Source of the DNA: Neocallimastix sp. 'constans'
Lineage: Eukaryota
Direction: 5' to 3'
Assembly: GCA_050613775.1 (NCBI GenBank)
Contig: JBODTK010000110.1
Span: 434,001 to 498,000, forward strand
DNA: 64,000 bases
In this document: positions 46,589 to 59,250 of the stretch, piece by piece
How positions within the stretch are numbered: position 1 is the stretch's first letter
Layout: each line of letters begins with the position of its first letter
Made by a program: the position numbers and the translations under genes
Notes under the pieces: model-generated
Seen by the model: the letters and a program-made list of their open reading frames with translations, nothing else
Told to the model about the DNA's origin: nothing
Database searches by the model: none

Positions 46589-49120
46589 GGAACATACCTT
46601 AGCCATAAAGCTGTTATCCTTTAATCTTTCATCTAAAAATACAACATCTTCATCTTTTATTCTTTTAAATGGTGTATTTGGCTAAATGTTTATTAATATG
46701 TAGAAAATAAATTATAAAAAAAAATAAAAAAAAAAAAAAATTAAATTATTAAAACTGAATCTTTTTTCTTGATTTATTTTATTTTTATTTTTTTTTTTTT
46801 AATAATATTATTATTTAAAATATATATAAAAACTTACAGTACGCTTTTTCTTTTCCTTTGGAGCTGGTTCATCTTCTCTCTTACGCTTATTAGATTCTTT
46901 CTTTTTTTCTTCTTCTGATGAAGATGACTCTGAAGCCTGTTTTTCATTCTTTTCAATTTCCATCTTTTTGTCCTCTTCATTTGAAGAATTAGAATTAGAA
47001 TTGTTTGAAGAGTCAGAATCAGAATCAGAATCAGAATCTGAATCAGAATCAGAATCAGAATCTGAAGAATCAGAATCAGTATCAGATGAATCTTCTTTTT
47101 TTTCTTCTTCTTCCTTCTTTTCTTCATCGGAAGAATCTGAATCTGAATCTGAATCTGAAGAATCTGAATCAGAAGAATTGGAATCAGAAGACTCTTCTTT
47201 CTTATTTTCTTCCTTCTTTTCTTCTTCTTCTTCATCTGATGAATCAGAATCAGAGGAATCAGAATCAGAACTGTCTGATGAAGAAGTATCAGAATCAGAG
47301 GAATCAGAATCAGCTGATTCTTCTTTCTTTTCTTCTTTTTCTTCTTCTGAGGAATCAGAGTCTGAAGAGGAATCAGAGTCTGAATCAGAACTATCAGAAT
47401 CTGAGGAATCTTCTTTTTCTTTTTCTTCTTTCTTTTCCTCTTCCTTTTCACTTTCTTCATCTGAAGAGTCTGAATCGGAAGAATCAGATGATGAAGAGGA
47501 ACTATCTGAACTGTCGGAATCTGAAGAAGAGTCTGAATCGGAATCTGAGGATTCTTCCTTCTTTTCTTCCTTCTTTTCTTCCTTCTTTTCTTCCTTCTTT
47601 TCGTCATCTTCTTCATCTGATGAGTCTGAATTAGATGAAGATGAACTGCTTGAAGAATTAGAAGAGTCAGAGGAATCAGAATCTGAACTATCAGAATCAG
47701 ATGAATCGGAATCAGAGTCTGAATCAGAATCAGATGAATCACTAGAAGAGGAGCTTGATGATTCTTCTTTCTTTTCTTCTTCTTTTTCATCTTCTGAGTC
47801 AGATGATGAATCAGATGATGAATCAGATGATGAATCTGAACTATCTGAAGAATCGGAGTCACTATTAGAATCTGAATCGGAATCAGAACTGTTTGAATCA
47901 TTTGAAGAGGATGAAGATTCAGTTTCTTCCTTTTTATCTACATCCATTTTATCTTCATCGGAGTCGGAATCTGAGCTATTATCTGAAGAAGAATCAGAAT
48001 CTGAACTACTTGAACTGTCTGAACTATCATCTGAAGAAGAATCAGAATCAGAACTGTCTGAATTGTCTGAACTATCATCTGATGAAGATTCAGAATCTGA
48101 TGATTCCTTCTTTTCTTCTTTCTCTTTATCAATTTCCATTTTATTGCTTTCTTCATCTTTAGATGAGTCTGAGTCTGAACTACTACTAGAATCTGATGAA
48201 CTGTCAGAATCTGAGTCAGAGTCTGATGAGTCTTCTTTCTTTTCTTCTTTGTCTTCATCGGAAGAAGAGTCAGAGTCAGAGTCAGAGTCGGAAGAATCTG
48301 AACTGTCTGAGGATGAGGAGTCAGAATCTGAAGAACTATCTGAATCTGAATCAGAGTCTGAAGAACTTGAGCCTGATGATTCTTCTTTCTTTTCTTCTTC
48401 CTTCTTTTCTTGTTTCTTTTCTTCTTCTTCATCTGATGATGAAGAACTATCTGAAGATGAAGAGTCTGAGTCTGTACTGTTATCAGAATCGGAAGAATCT
48501 GAACTATCTGTAGATGACGAATCTGAATCTGAATCTGAATCTGAATCTGAATCTGAATCTGAGTCAGAATCTGAATCTGAGTCAGAATCTGAATCTGAAG
48601 AACTTGATGATTCTTCCTTCTTTTCTTCTTTTTTACTTTCTTCTTTCTTTTCATCATCTGATGAAGAGTCTGAACTACTATTTGATGAATCAGAATCAGA
48701 ATCGGAATCTGAAGAACTTGAATTTGATTCTTCTTCTTTCTTTTCTTCTTCTTCATCTGATGAAGAGTCTGAATCTGAACTGTCAGAAGAGGAAGATTCG
48801 TCTGAATCTGAATCTGAACTATCGCTTGAAGAAGATTCAGAATCTGAACTGTCAGAAGAGGAAGAAGAGTCAGAATCTGAACTACTGTCACTACTATCTG
48901 AAGAAGAAGAAGAATCACTTGAATCATTATCTGAATCTGAATCTGAATCATTATCTACTTTAACCTTTTTTGACTTTGTTTCGTCATTAGTGAATTCATT
49001 TTTTCTTTTTTTAATATTAACTTCTTCGGATGAATCACTACTTGAACTATCTGAACTTGAATCTTCTTCCATTTCCTTTAATTTCTTTTGGGCTTCAATT
49101 TCCTTTTTTGATTTACCCAT
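46271..49120 (-). CDS. SRP40: Nucleolar phosphoprotein Srp40/Nopp140 family, 3 exons (49120-46838, 46681-46598, 46429-46271)
   Basis: Alternating S/D acidic tracts and KE blocks, followed by the spliced SRP40_C domain PFKRIKDEDVVFLDERLKDNSF...YGEKAHRDLIVTRGKGFRNEKNKKKRGSYRGGKIDLQSHSIKF. Confidence 0.93.
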
Positions 49121-49912
49121 TTTTTTATACTATTTAATTTCAAAAAATATTGAATATATGTATATTTAATATTAAAAAATATATAATATATAATATAAAA
49201 ATAATAGGATATATAATTTTTGATAATTTATATAAAAATTAAAATAAAATTTTAAATATAATATTATAAAAAATAAGTAATTTATTTTCAATTATATTAT
49301 AATTAATAAACAATTTTATATTTAATTGATTTTAATATTCAATTAGAATTATATATAAATAAGTATAAATAATATTTAATATTGATGATCTCATTTTTAT
49401 TATTGATTATATAAAACAGATTTCATTAAAATTCTAAATTTTAATTCTGACATTTAAATCTTTTAAAATCAAATTTTAATTTGTAACACGTGAAACTAAA
49501 CTCCAATAAAAAAAATAACATTCTAATGTTGTTAATAGTTTTGTTATAATTTTACAATTATACTTAATATTACTAGTTTGAATACCATCTACTCGCGTTT
49601 ATTTTATCTTATTTTATTATTTTTTTTTAATGAAATATAATATTAAATTTATTCTGTAATTTAATAAAAAAAAAAATTAATAATATTTATTGATATAACA
49701 TTTCTAGTCTTATTTACCTCGATATATCTTTCTATAATAATAATAAATTAAACAACAAAAAACTTAATAAATTTAAAAAATAAAATATTAATAGTTATCT
49801 TTAAACTAAATTAATAATAATAATAAAATTAACAATAATTTATTCAAAAATTCTGTTAAAAATACTATTATTATATTTTTTAAAAAATATATTAAAATTT
49901 AATCTTTTTAAC

Positions 49913-49951
<39 letters not shown>

Positions 49952-50487
49952 TATAAATTTAAATAAATTGATTTAATTAGTAATCAATTGTATCATATAT
50001 TAAAATAAATTAAGCAAAATTTTAAAAATTGTAAATTTATATTTTTAAAAATTTTCATATAATACACATAAATATAAAATGATTTTTATTAATGATTGGC
50101 CTATTTAATATATATAATCAATCATACACTCATTTAATATATGCACAATATATTATAATATATTATTTATGTATTATGTTGAAATATATATTCTTTTTTT
50201 TGAATTTAATATTTATTATTTTCATTTTGTTTATTTTATTATTTTATTTATTTTATTTTTTTATTTTTTTTTTAATGAAATATAATGAAAAAAAAATTAA
50301 TATTATTATTATTTTTTTTTAATTATTCATTTTATATCATTATAATTTAAATATTTAATAATTAAATATTATTAAATATAAATTATAGATCAATTTAATG
50401 TTAACTTTAAATTTTATTATTAATTTTTTTTTTTTTTTATTTTATTTTATTTTTATTTTTAGTTTCTTATTATAAAAAAAAATATTT

Positions 50488-50730
50488 CAGAAAACTCTCA
50501 ACATGGTTAGGTATAAATAGACCAATGAAAATGGGATGACTTTTTTCGTGTCTCCCTCTGTGTTTCAGAAGGAAATCTGCAAGAACTTCAATCGAAAAAC
50601 CGTTATTTCGCTATTAATTGACCATAGTTTCCTCTTGAAAGACCATAATAGAGATTATCGCCAGCAGAAATGGACTCCAGATGGGAACAAGAAAGTTTAT
50701 GATATATCTAGCAAAATATTATTGGGATGA
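50488..50730 (+). pseudogene. C-terminal fragment of a bacterial DUF927-like (mobile-element helicase-associated) protein
   Basis: QKTLNMVRYK*TNENGMTFFVSPSVFQKEICKNFNRKTVISLLIDHSFLLKD...QQKWTPDGNKKVYDI resembles, from memory, the DUF927-family C-terminus. In-frame TAG at 50518-50520; no introns. Confidence 0.6.
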
Positions 50731-50734
50731 GGAA

Positions 50735-51308
50735 TTTTGCTAACAAACTCTTTAGCTTTTCGGGTCTACTCCAGAAAAATCAGTCAAACATAAATGTCAC
50801 TATAAAAATAGATTAGAGTGGTCGCTGTGTGGTTGAGTGATAAATACACCCATAGGATCGTATCTTGCAAAACACTCCGTATTGGTTCAAGAAGGTATTC
50901 TGCTTCTTCTCCCCAGCCAGTTCCTGTTTCAACTATGACAATCTCCTTTCCTTTACGCATAACTACAAAATTCGCTTGACCAACATTGAAGGCAAACATA
51001 CAAAGTACTTTACTATCTTCTAATTCTTTCCAAGGAGATGGTCCCGGAGACGCCAGATCTAAAGCAAGAAACCTTCAAAAGTACTGACTAATTGTTATAA
51101 TGTCAGACCTCAACCTGCTAATCGCTGTATCAGATCGCATACAAACTACATCAAAACAGTCGATCAGCTATCCGCACATCACAAAAACAAAAAAACAAAA
51201 AAACAAAACAAAGCAAACAAAAAAAAAAAAAAAAAAAAAAAAAACTCTGAGAAGACGTTATAAACCTCACTCCGAAATCCTATTAGTTATTAGTCTTTTC
51301 GAATACAT
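50735..51308 (-). pseudogene. Bacterial-type metallo-beta-lactamase-fold (ComEC/Rec2-like) hydrolase fragment, frameshifted
   Basis: MFAFNVGQANFVVMRKGKEIVIVETG resembles the xxVGQGD...iliDtG motif. After a frameshift, GVFITQPHSDHSNLF is a degenerate THxHxDH metal motif, followed by stops. The 5' limit (ATG 51308 after GGAG) is tentative. Confidence 0.65.
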
Positions 51309-51421
51309 ATATCTCCAAATATGCCCTGATACAAAATTAAAATGACTATCTTTAGCGAAGGCAAATCTAATGCTAATAATAAACTCATGGAAATATATCG
51401 CTTAGCTAAACAGCTTCTCTC

Positions 51422-51690
51422 CTATTGTGCATTTATTCCAAAGCTCTGCACTAAAACAAGAGGTGCTTTACAATGCGAAACAAAAAGCGCAACTTTTTCC
51501 GTAGCACCACATTTATTGAAATCCATTTTCTCTAGAGCTAACCGGGCCAATTCCTTTCTAAATTTTAAACTTTCCTTATTTAACTTGCCTGGAACATGAC
51601 TTCCACACGTAATTTTTCTTTCCAAATCACACATCTGCTCACTATTTACGCTAACATTATAACCTTGCTATAACCTTTCTTGCTTCTTGG
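51422..51690 (-). pseudogene. Unassigned ORF fragment within the GC-richer foreign island
   Basis: Intronless frame QGYNVSVNSEQMCDLERKITCGSHVPGKLNKESLKFRKELARLALEKMDFNK... with base composition like the adjacent bacterial-type fragments; family not recognised. Confidence 0.35.
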
Positions 51691-52003
51691 ATGTACATAC
51701 TTAATATTTTTATTAAGTATTTTTTAATTTTACACAAAAATTAAATAATAGAACATATCAAGCTTATATTAATTGTAATATTTAAACTACATAATTTTAT
51801 TTTATTTTATTTTTATTTTTATTATAATATATTTGCAATTTTTTTTTTTTTTTTTTTTCTACATTGTTTTTGCTTATTTTTTTAATATTTCACAATTTTT
51901 ATTTTAGTTAATATTTAATATTATTCCTTTATTATGTATTTCATATTAGAATTTATTTTCTATCATCATATCGTTGTAATTAAGATAATATAGGAATATA
52001 TTA

Positions 52004-52038
<35 letters not shown>

Positions 52039-52063
52039 ATTAAATATTGTTTTTCTTAATAAT

Positions 52064-53256
52064 TTAGTTTGGATTACCAGAAAGGAAAAACCATTTGTCA
52101 ACTATATTATTAATTAAATATATATATATATATAATTTATTAATTTCTTATTTTTGTTTTCCTTTTTTTTTTTAAAAAAAAAAAAAAAACATTCATTAAA
52201 AAATTTTTTATATTTACCAGATGGGTCAATTGGAGCTTCAGAGTATGGAGTAGCCTATTATTATTTGATAAATTTAATTAATTATTAATCTTTTTCTCTT
52301 ATAATAATAATAATAATTATAATAACAATAATAATTCTTCCGAATTTCTTTAACATAATACACTTACAGCTGGGATAGCAGCATACTTTTCTTCAGAAGC
52401 AGAAACCTTGTATGGACTGTCTTCAACAGCAACATTAGCGCTAATAAATTTAATTATGATTTCATTAAAAAAAAAATTTATTTACAAATTAATAATTTAA
52501 TTTATACATATAGTTTATAATTTTATAATAAAATTTAAAAAATGCATTTCATTGCATAATATTTATACTTACACACAAATATCGTAACTGTCACCCTTAG
52601 ATGGAATAGCCTTGGTGATTAATCTCTTCCAGGCTTCGTGGGTTTCAGCAATAACTTCGTTAGCGTAAGCCTTGTTCTTAGCTTCACCGTTGAAAGCGAA
52701 TTCATTTTCTGGCTTACCGTCTGGAATCTTATAAATACGGAACCATTCGTTAGTAGCCTTAAGAAGACCTGGAAGGTGCTTTTCAACATCTTCAATATCT
52801 TTTTATTTTCAATTAAAAAATTTTATATTAGAAATTTCATAATATTTTCCTTTTTTTTATTTATTTATTTTTTTTTTAATTATAAAATTTACCATTTAAC
52901 TTTGGAGCGAGTGGGTCATTAATATCAATAACAACGACCTTCCAATCAGTTTCACCTTCATCTAATAAAGCCATAATACCAAGGACTTTAACTTGCTTAA
53001 CTTCACCACACTTGGCAACTCTTTCACCAATTTCAATAACATCTAATGGATCATTGTCACCTCTAGCCTTAGTATCTGGGTGTTGTTGGGTTGGGTCTTC
53101 CCAGGTCTTTTTTTAAAAAAAAAAAAATAATAAAATAAAATAAAATAAAATAAAATAAAATAAAAAATAATAATAATAATTTAAAAAATAATTTAATATA
53201 TATTTAATTTAATAAAATTCAATTTAATATATTTTTTAAAATTTTTTATATATTAA

Positions 53257-53292
<36 letters not shown>

Positions 53293-53968
53293 CTAGGAAT
53301 ATATATTAAAGACTTACTTGTGGAAAAGCACCATAGTTCCAGATGTAACCGTGATGTGGGAAACAGTTTCTGACGAATCTAAGTTTACCCTTCTTAGTAT
53401 CTTGTTTGATTGGGTTGAAATAATCTTCCTTACTAATCTATTATTTAAAATTTATTTCAATTTTTTTTTTTTTTAAAAAAAAAAAAAAGAAAAATATATT
53501 TATTAATATTTATTTAATAAAAAAATATATACATATAATTAATTTTTTTTTCAATTGGATTAAAATTTTTGATTTCCAAATATAATAATATTTAATATGT
53601 AAAACAATAAAATATTTTAAAGAATATTTACTTCAGCCTTAGCGTTAGTCCATCTTGGAATTTCAACAACCATATTTAAGACAGTCTTGTCTTCGTTAAC
53701 GTAAAGTGGAATATCATGGAAAGGTGAAACAACCTTACCATCCTTTTCTATTTAATTTTATTTTATATTATAAAATAATATTATTATTTGAAAAATTTAT
53801 TTTTTTATTTTGACTTTTTTTCTTTAAAAAAATTTTTTATATTAATATAATTATATAAAAAACTTCTTTTTATTTATATACATTGATATTTTAAATATCC
53901 TATTTACCAATGAAGACTCTGTGTTCTAAGGTGAATCTTGGATTAACGTAACGAGTAGAATAAGTCAT
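52064..53968 (-). CDS. IPP1: Soluble inorganic pyrophosphatase (family I), 8 exons
   Basis: [95 protein letters not shown] and VDKWFF, joined by in-frame GT-AG introns. Confidence 0.97.
53247..53315 (-). mobile_element. Minimal retroposition product: TTCCTAGTCT plus poly(A) between perfect 16-bp TSDs, in an IPP1 intron
   Basis: TATATATTAAAGACTT at 53247-53262 and 53300-53315 flanks (T)27-AGACTAGGAA. Confidence 0.8.
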
Positions 53969-54323
53969 TTTGCTTATTTTTTTAAAATAATAATTTAATG
54001 ATAATTTTTATTTTTATTTTATTTTTTTTTTTTTTTTGTGTGTGTGTAGAGAAGAAAACTTCATGTTACAAATTTTTTTAATCTTTAATAATAAATTTTT
54101 TTTTTTGTTTTTTTCCATTCCATGCTTTTTATTGGTGAAATTTTTTTAAAAATTTTAATGTATATACACCATTTTATTTTATTATATCTCAATGATATTA
54201 TAAATACATTAATCTGAATATAATAATTTTAATTTATCTGGTTTATTATATTAATTCTATATAAAAAAAATTTATATCATTTAAATGTTATATATATTAA
54301 TAGATCTAAATTTTTCAATTTCT

Positions 54324-54388
<65 letters not shown>

Positions 54389-54849
54389 ATCGAAAAATGA
54401 AATTTATACAGAATTTTTTAATTAAAGATTAAATAGATATTATATAAAAATAATATAATATAAAAATAATATAAAAAAATAAATTTAAAAAAAACATGTA
54501 ATAATTAAAAATTCAAATATAAACATATATATGTATAAAAAATGTTGACATGGACATAATATAAAAATAACAACTTGCATTAGACTCTATATGGAATTAA
54601 AAATAATAGAGCAACAAAAAGATTAATGTTAAATAATAAATGAACAAATAAATAAATAAATAAATAAATTAATAATAAATAAAAATGGACTTTTAATAAT
54701 ACATAGTAAAAGAACAAATAGTTAAATAATTAAATAAAATAATAAATGGATAATAAATTATGTCTAGTAAATAAGTAAACAAACAAATAAATATGATTAA
54801 AATTAATATACTATATAATATGTTAATGTTTTATGATTATCTTGCTATT

Positions 54850-55112
54850 AATTATTTATTTATTATTTATAATGTATTATTTATTATTCATTATTTATAT
54901 TTATTTATTTATTATTTATATTTATTTATTTATTATTTATATTTATTTATTTATTATTTATTATTTATTATTTATTATTTATTATTTATTATTTATTATT
55001 TATTATTTATTATTTATTATTTATTATTTATTATTTATTATTTATTATTTATTATTTATTATTTATTATTTATTATTTATTATTTATTATTTATTATTTA
55101 TTATTTATTATT
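54850..55112. repeat. (TTATTTA)n heptamer array
   Basis: Read directly; it generates the spurious IIYYLLF ORFs in the track. Confidence 0.9.
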
Positions 55113-56223
55113 TATATATATATTTATATTATTATTTTATAATTAAAAACTAATATTTAATATTCATTAATTATACATAAAATTACTTCTTAACATTTGG
55201 TAAAAAGTTATTTATTATTTGAATGTTAATAAATATGTAATTTTATTATAATCAATGTACCTTTTAATTGATGCAAAGTACTATTTAATATTATAAATGT
55301 ATATTTTTTATTTTTAATAATATCATTTACATTTAATTATAGAATTTTCATATTTCTTATAGATTAATAATATTATTAATAAATAATAAATAATAAATAA
55401 TAAATAATAAATATAAATAATGAGTAGATAAAATATAAAATTTTGAATTTATATTCTGTATATATTAAAATAAATATTATACTCTTTTATCCATTTCAAT
55501 CACAAATATATATCTTTATTTTAATACATATACATATATATCCTTTTTTTTTTTTTTTTTTTATTTTTATTTATTCATATAATATTTAAATTATAATTAG
55601 TTAAATCTATTAAAATCAAAATCAAAAAAATAAAAAAAAAAAAAATTAAAGTTCAAAAAAAAACGTGGAAAAAATTTTTCTTTCTTTTTTTTATTTTCCT
55701 AATAATATATATATATTCTATATTTTATATTTTTATAGAAAGAATAAACTTTTCTCTAATAATTTTAAAATTTCTAAAATTTTCATATAATCTACAATGA
55801 AAATTATATATATAATTATATATATATATTTCTTTATATTTTATATAAAAATAAACATTAAAAAAAAATAAAAAAAAAAAAAATAATATATATATGTATA
55901 TACTTTTTTATATATATGATTATCATAATTATTAATATATATATATATAATAAACCTAAAAAACTAAAATAGAAATAATAAAGATAAACTTATTATTTAT
56001 TAAAAATGTCAAAAAGTGATATTTTATTTATTTATTTTATTTTTTTTATAAGGAACAATTACATATTTATGTAAAGAAAGCTAAATATTAATAATTATAT
56101 ATGTATATATAATAAGATATGAATCAATAAGTCTAATAATAATTAATAAAAATGAACTTTTATTATTTAATTAAATAATTTGAAATATTATTATATTTTT
56201 TTTTAAATAGTCAGAAGTATTAT

Positions 56224-56511
56224 ATGAGTAGCGATAATAATACCGTTAATAATGATGACAATATTAAATGTAATATAAAAAAAATTGCATGATTGTTAAT
56301 TTTTTAATAATAAAATAATAAAATTTAAAAAAAAAAAATATATATATATATATATATATTAATGAAAATAAAATAAAATAAAAATATAAACAAAAAATGA
56401 AATAAATAAAATTTTGATATTACTTAAGAGGGTATAATAATTAATTACTAAATTATATAGAATATGTATTGTAGTTTATATATAACTAAATAAAATATAA
56501 ATATATATTAT

Positions 56512-56553
<42 letters not shown>

Positions 56554-57069
56554 GGATAGGAGCTAGAAAATTAAATATATACATTAATACTAATGTAAAA
56601 ATAATTTATATATATATTTTAATATTCATCTTATTATTATTATTTCATATTTAGATATCAGAATACTTACATACAATGCATTCATAAGGCCTCCATTTGT
56701 TTCAACTTTAGATAGGGATTATCGAGATGAACGAATTAAATTAATAGGAGAAAATGTATTTAATGATTATGATATTATTGCATTTCAAGAAATGTTTTCA
56801 TATCTATCAGATCGAGTTGAACATGTCATTGAAGTAGCAAAAGAATATGGTTTATGTTATTATTGGAAAGGTCGAAAAAATACGTTGTTTGATTTAAAAT
56901 CTGATGGTGGTTTATTAATTCTATCACGATATCCTATTGTTGAACATGATATTCACCAGTAAATAAATATACAAAAATTATAATATTGATTATAACATTA
57001 ATTTATATATAATAATTCATATAATTTAAAAATAAAAAATAAAATTAAATAAAATAAAATAAATTGATA

Positions 57070-57124
<55 letters not shown>

Positions 57125-57354
57125 TAAAATTATAGATTTTAACACATAAATATTATTTTCTTATCAAATATATATATATATCTGTACTTCTTTTATCTAT
57201 TTCATATTTAAAATTAATATATGAAAGACTAATAAGAGGAATCCATGGGGATTAGTATGATTTAATTTTATAGTTATATATAAATATATATATAATTACT
57301 ACTCCTAAATATTATATTATATTTATTAATTATTATTATTTTTTTTTTTTAATC

Positions 57355-57386
<32 letters not shown>

Positions 57387-58489
57387 TTATTTTTTAATGT
57401 ATTAATCATATGGTTATCTTTTCTATTAGTTTTTCTAATAAAAGTGTTATGTATGCAAAAATTGAAGTTTTACCAAATAAATATATTCATTTTTTTACTA
57501 CACATGTTCAAGCATCCTACTCCGACTATCCACATGTTGATCAATCAAAATCTGTTCGTATACGACTTACTCAATTAACAGAGGTTAGAAATTTTATACT
57601 CGAAAAAACTGTCAATACAGATATATCTGAACCTATTATGCTATTAGGAGATTTAAATGTGAATAGTAGAGTTTATGAAAAGGAAAGTAATATCTCTTCT
57701 AAAGAATATAAAATAATGATAGACGTTTTAAAAGGGAAAAGATCATTTCATCATCCATCTGTTGGTTGTTTTGAATTTGGTTGTGGTTGGACATTGGATA
57801 AATGTAGAATTAAAAGAATTAAATGTTATCCAGATGAAAATGATGATCATAACGATTTCTTTGAAGTACATGATATAGTAAAATATTTTATGAAATGTCA
57901 TCCAAATACCTTGTGCAATATATTTTCAAAATCATATTATAAAAATAATGATATTCCTAATGTGAAAAAATCATTAGATTATGTATTCTTTTTCAGAAAA
58001 ATACAAAAAAGCAATGAAAGCTCATCTGATCAGCAACTTGCACCCGAATCAAACATGATCCCTAAAAGTATGTCTCAATTAATTATCAATAAAAAGCATT
58101 TATTAAAAAAAAAATCCACACGTTCCCTCTCAGCTCTAAATGATAAATATATTCCTAAAGAACGACATATAAAAGACAAAAGTAGTGATAATAGTATATC
58201 TTTAAATTCAAATGATGATAATATATTACAACATCCTCTATCTGAAACACTAACTCAAAGTTCCAATTCCGATACAGATTCATTATCATCAATAAATAAA
58301 ACAGAACAAAATCTTGTATCTAACATACAAATTAGTTCTAATGATTCAATACAAAAATTTTTCCATGATACTTCCCAATATTATAAAATAAAAAAATTAA
58401 GAATAGAAAAATTTAAAGTTGAAAATAAACCTTTTAGATATTTATCAGATCATTTCGGAGTTGGATTTAATCTTGAAATTTACAATTAA
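56224..58489 (+). CDS. Endonuclease/exonuclease/phosphatase superfamily protein, neutral sphingomyelinase/Isc1-like, 4 exons (56224-56269, 56655-56958, 57228-57254, 57430-58489)
   Basis: IRILTYNAFIRPP, DIIAFQEMF, DGGLLILSRYPI, GDYFSNKSVMYAKI, TTHVQA, LLGDLN, SLDYVFF and YLSDHFGV. The start exon is tentative. Confidence 0.85.
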
Positions 58490-59103
58490 AAATATATAAT
58501 AAAAATAATAATAATAATAAATAAAAATTAAAAATAATTAAAAATAATTAAAAAAAAATTTAAAATAATATACCATTTTTTTTTATTTTGAAATCGTAAT
58601 TAAAAATATAATAGTATTTATTACACAATGAAATTATTAAATATATGTATGATTGAAATCCTTAATACGGACTTTAAACTATATGATTTATTAATTTAAT
58701 AAATTATATAACATTTTGATCAAATAAATTAAATTATTTAATTTAATAATATTTAATTCATTTTAAATAATAAAATTGAAAATAATAATATGTAATATTT
58801 AAATAAAAAATAAAATATATAATCATTAATACTATAAGTTAAAACTAATTTTTAGATTGTAAATTTATATATAAACTTTTATTTAATTAAGTTATATTGT
58901 TATTTATTTATTTTTTTATTTAATATTGTATAATTTTGGAAAATTAAATTTCTTTTATACCAGTTGTGACTTGCTAATAATTCAATGAAAAATATTTGAC
59001 ATTTATAAAATAATTTATTACAAACAACGAGAATTATATTACTATAAACTTCATATTAAAAAATTTAATTTAATATATTTAAAAATAAATTTCATTATAT
59101 TTT

Positions 59104-59250
59104 AACATTCCCCTGTAAAACTTATTCTTTCCAATTTATCAAAAATTATATGTGAGAATTCTGGCATTTGAAGTTCGTTAATACTTTTAGTTAATACATC
59201 AGCTAACATATTTTCGGTACTAATATATTTTAAAATAATTCTAAAAGGTT
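59104..59250 (-). mobile_element. Ty1/copia RNase H C-terminus, polypurine tract and LTR start
   Basis: IILKYISTENMLADVLTKSIN matches the copia RNase H ADxLTK motif, followed by ACAGGGGAA-TGTTAAA. Decayed higher-complexity sequence continues to ~59750. Confidence 0.8.

Noticed and set aside
46834..49169. 733-aa antisense ORF and other overlapping ORFs across SRP40
   Set aside because: They are by-products of the repetitive TCA/GAT/TCT codons, which lack stops in other frames. Only the minus-strand frame splices to the SRP40_C domain.
49380..50060. Ribosome-biogenesis promoter motifs upstream of SRP40 (RRPE-like AAAAATTTTCA, CACGTG)
   Set aside because: RRPE-like words are ubiquitous in this AT-rich DNA, and a single E-box cannot be supported without comparative data.
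54793..55153. Short hydrophobic ORFs (IIYYLLF-type), also at 83, 1841, 6005, 18048, 34138, 35029 and 50092
   Set aside because: Translations of AT-rich microsatellites or introns, not credible membrane proteins.
56006..56015. Upstream ATG exon for the EEP gene
   Set aside because: Its phase is incompatible with the downstream acceptors (stops follow), so ATG 56224 was preferred.
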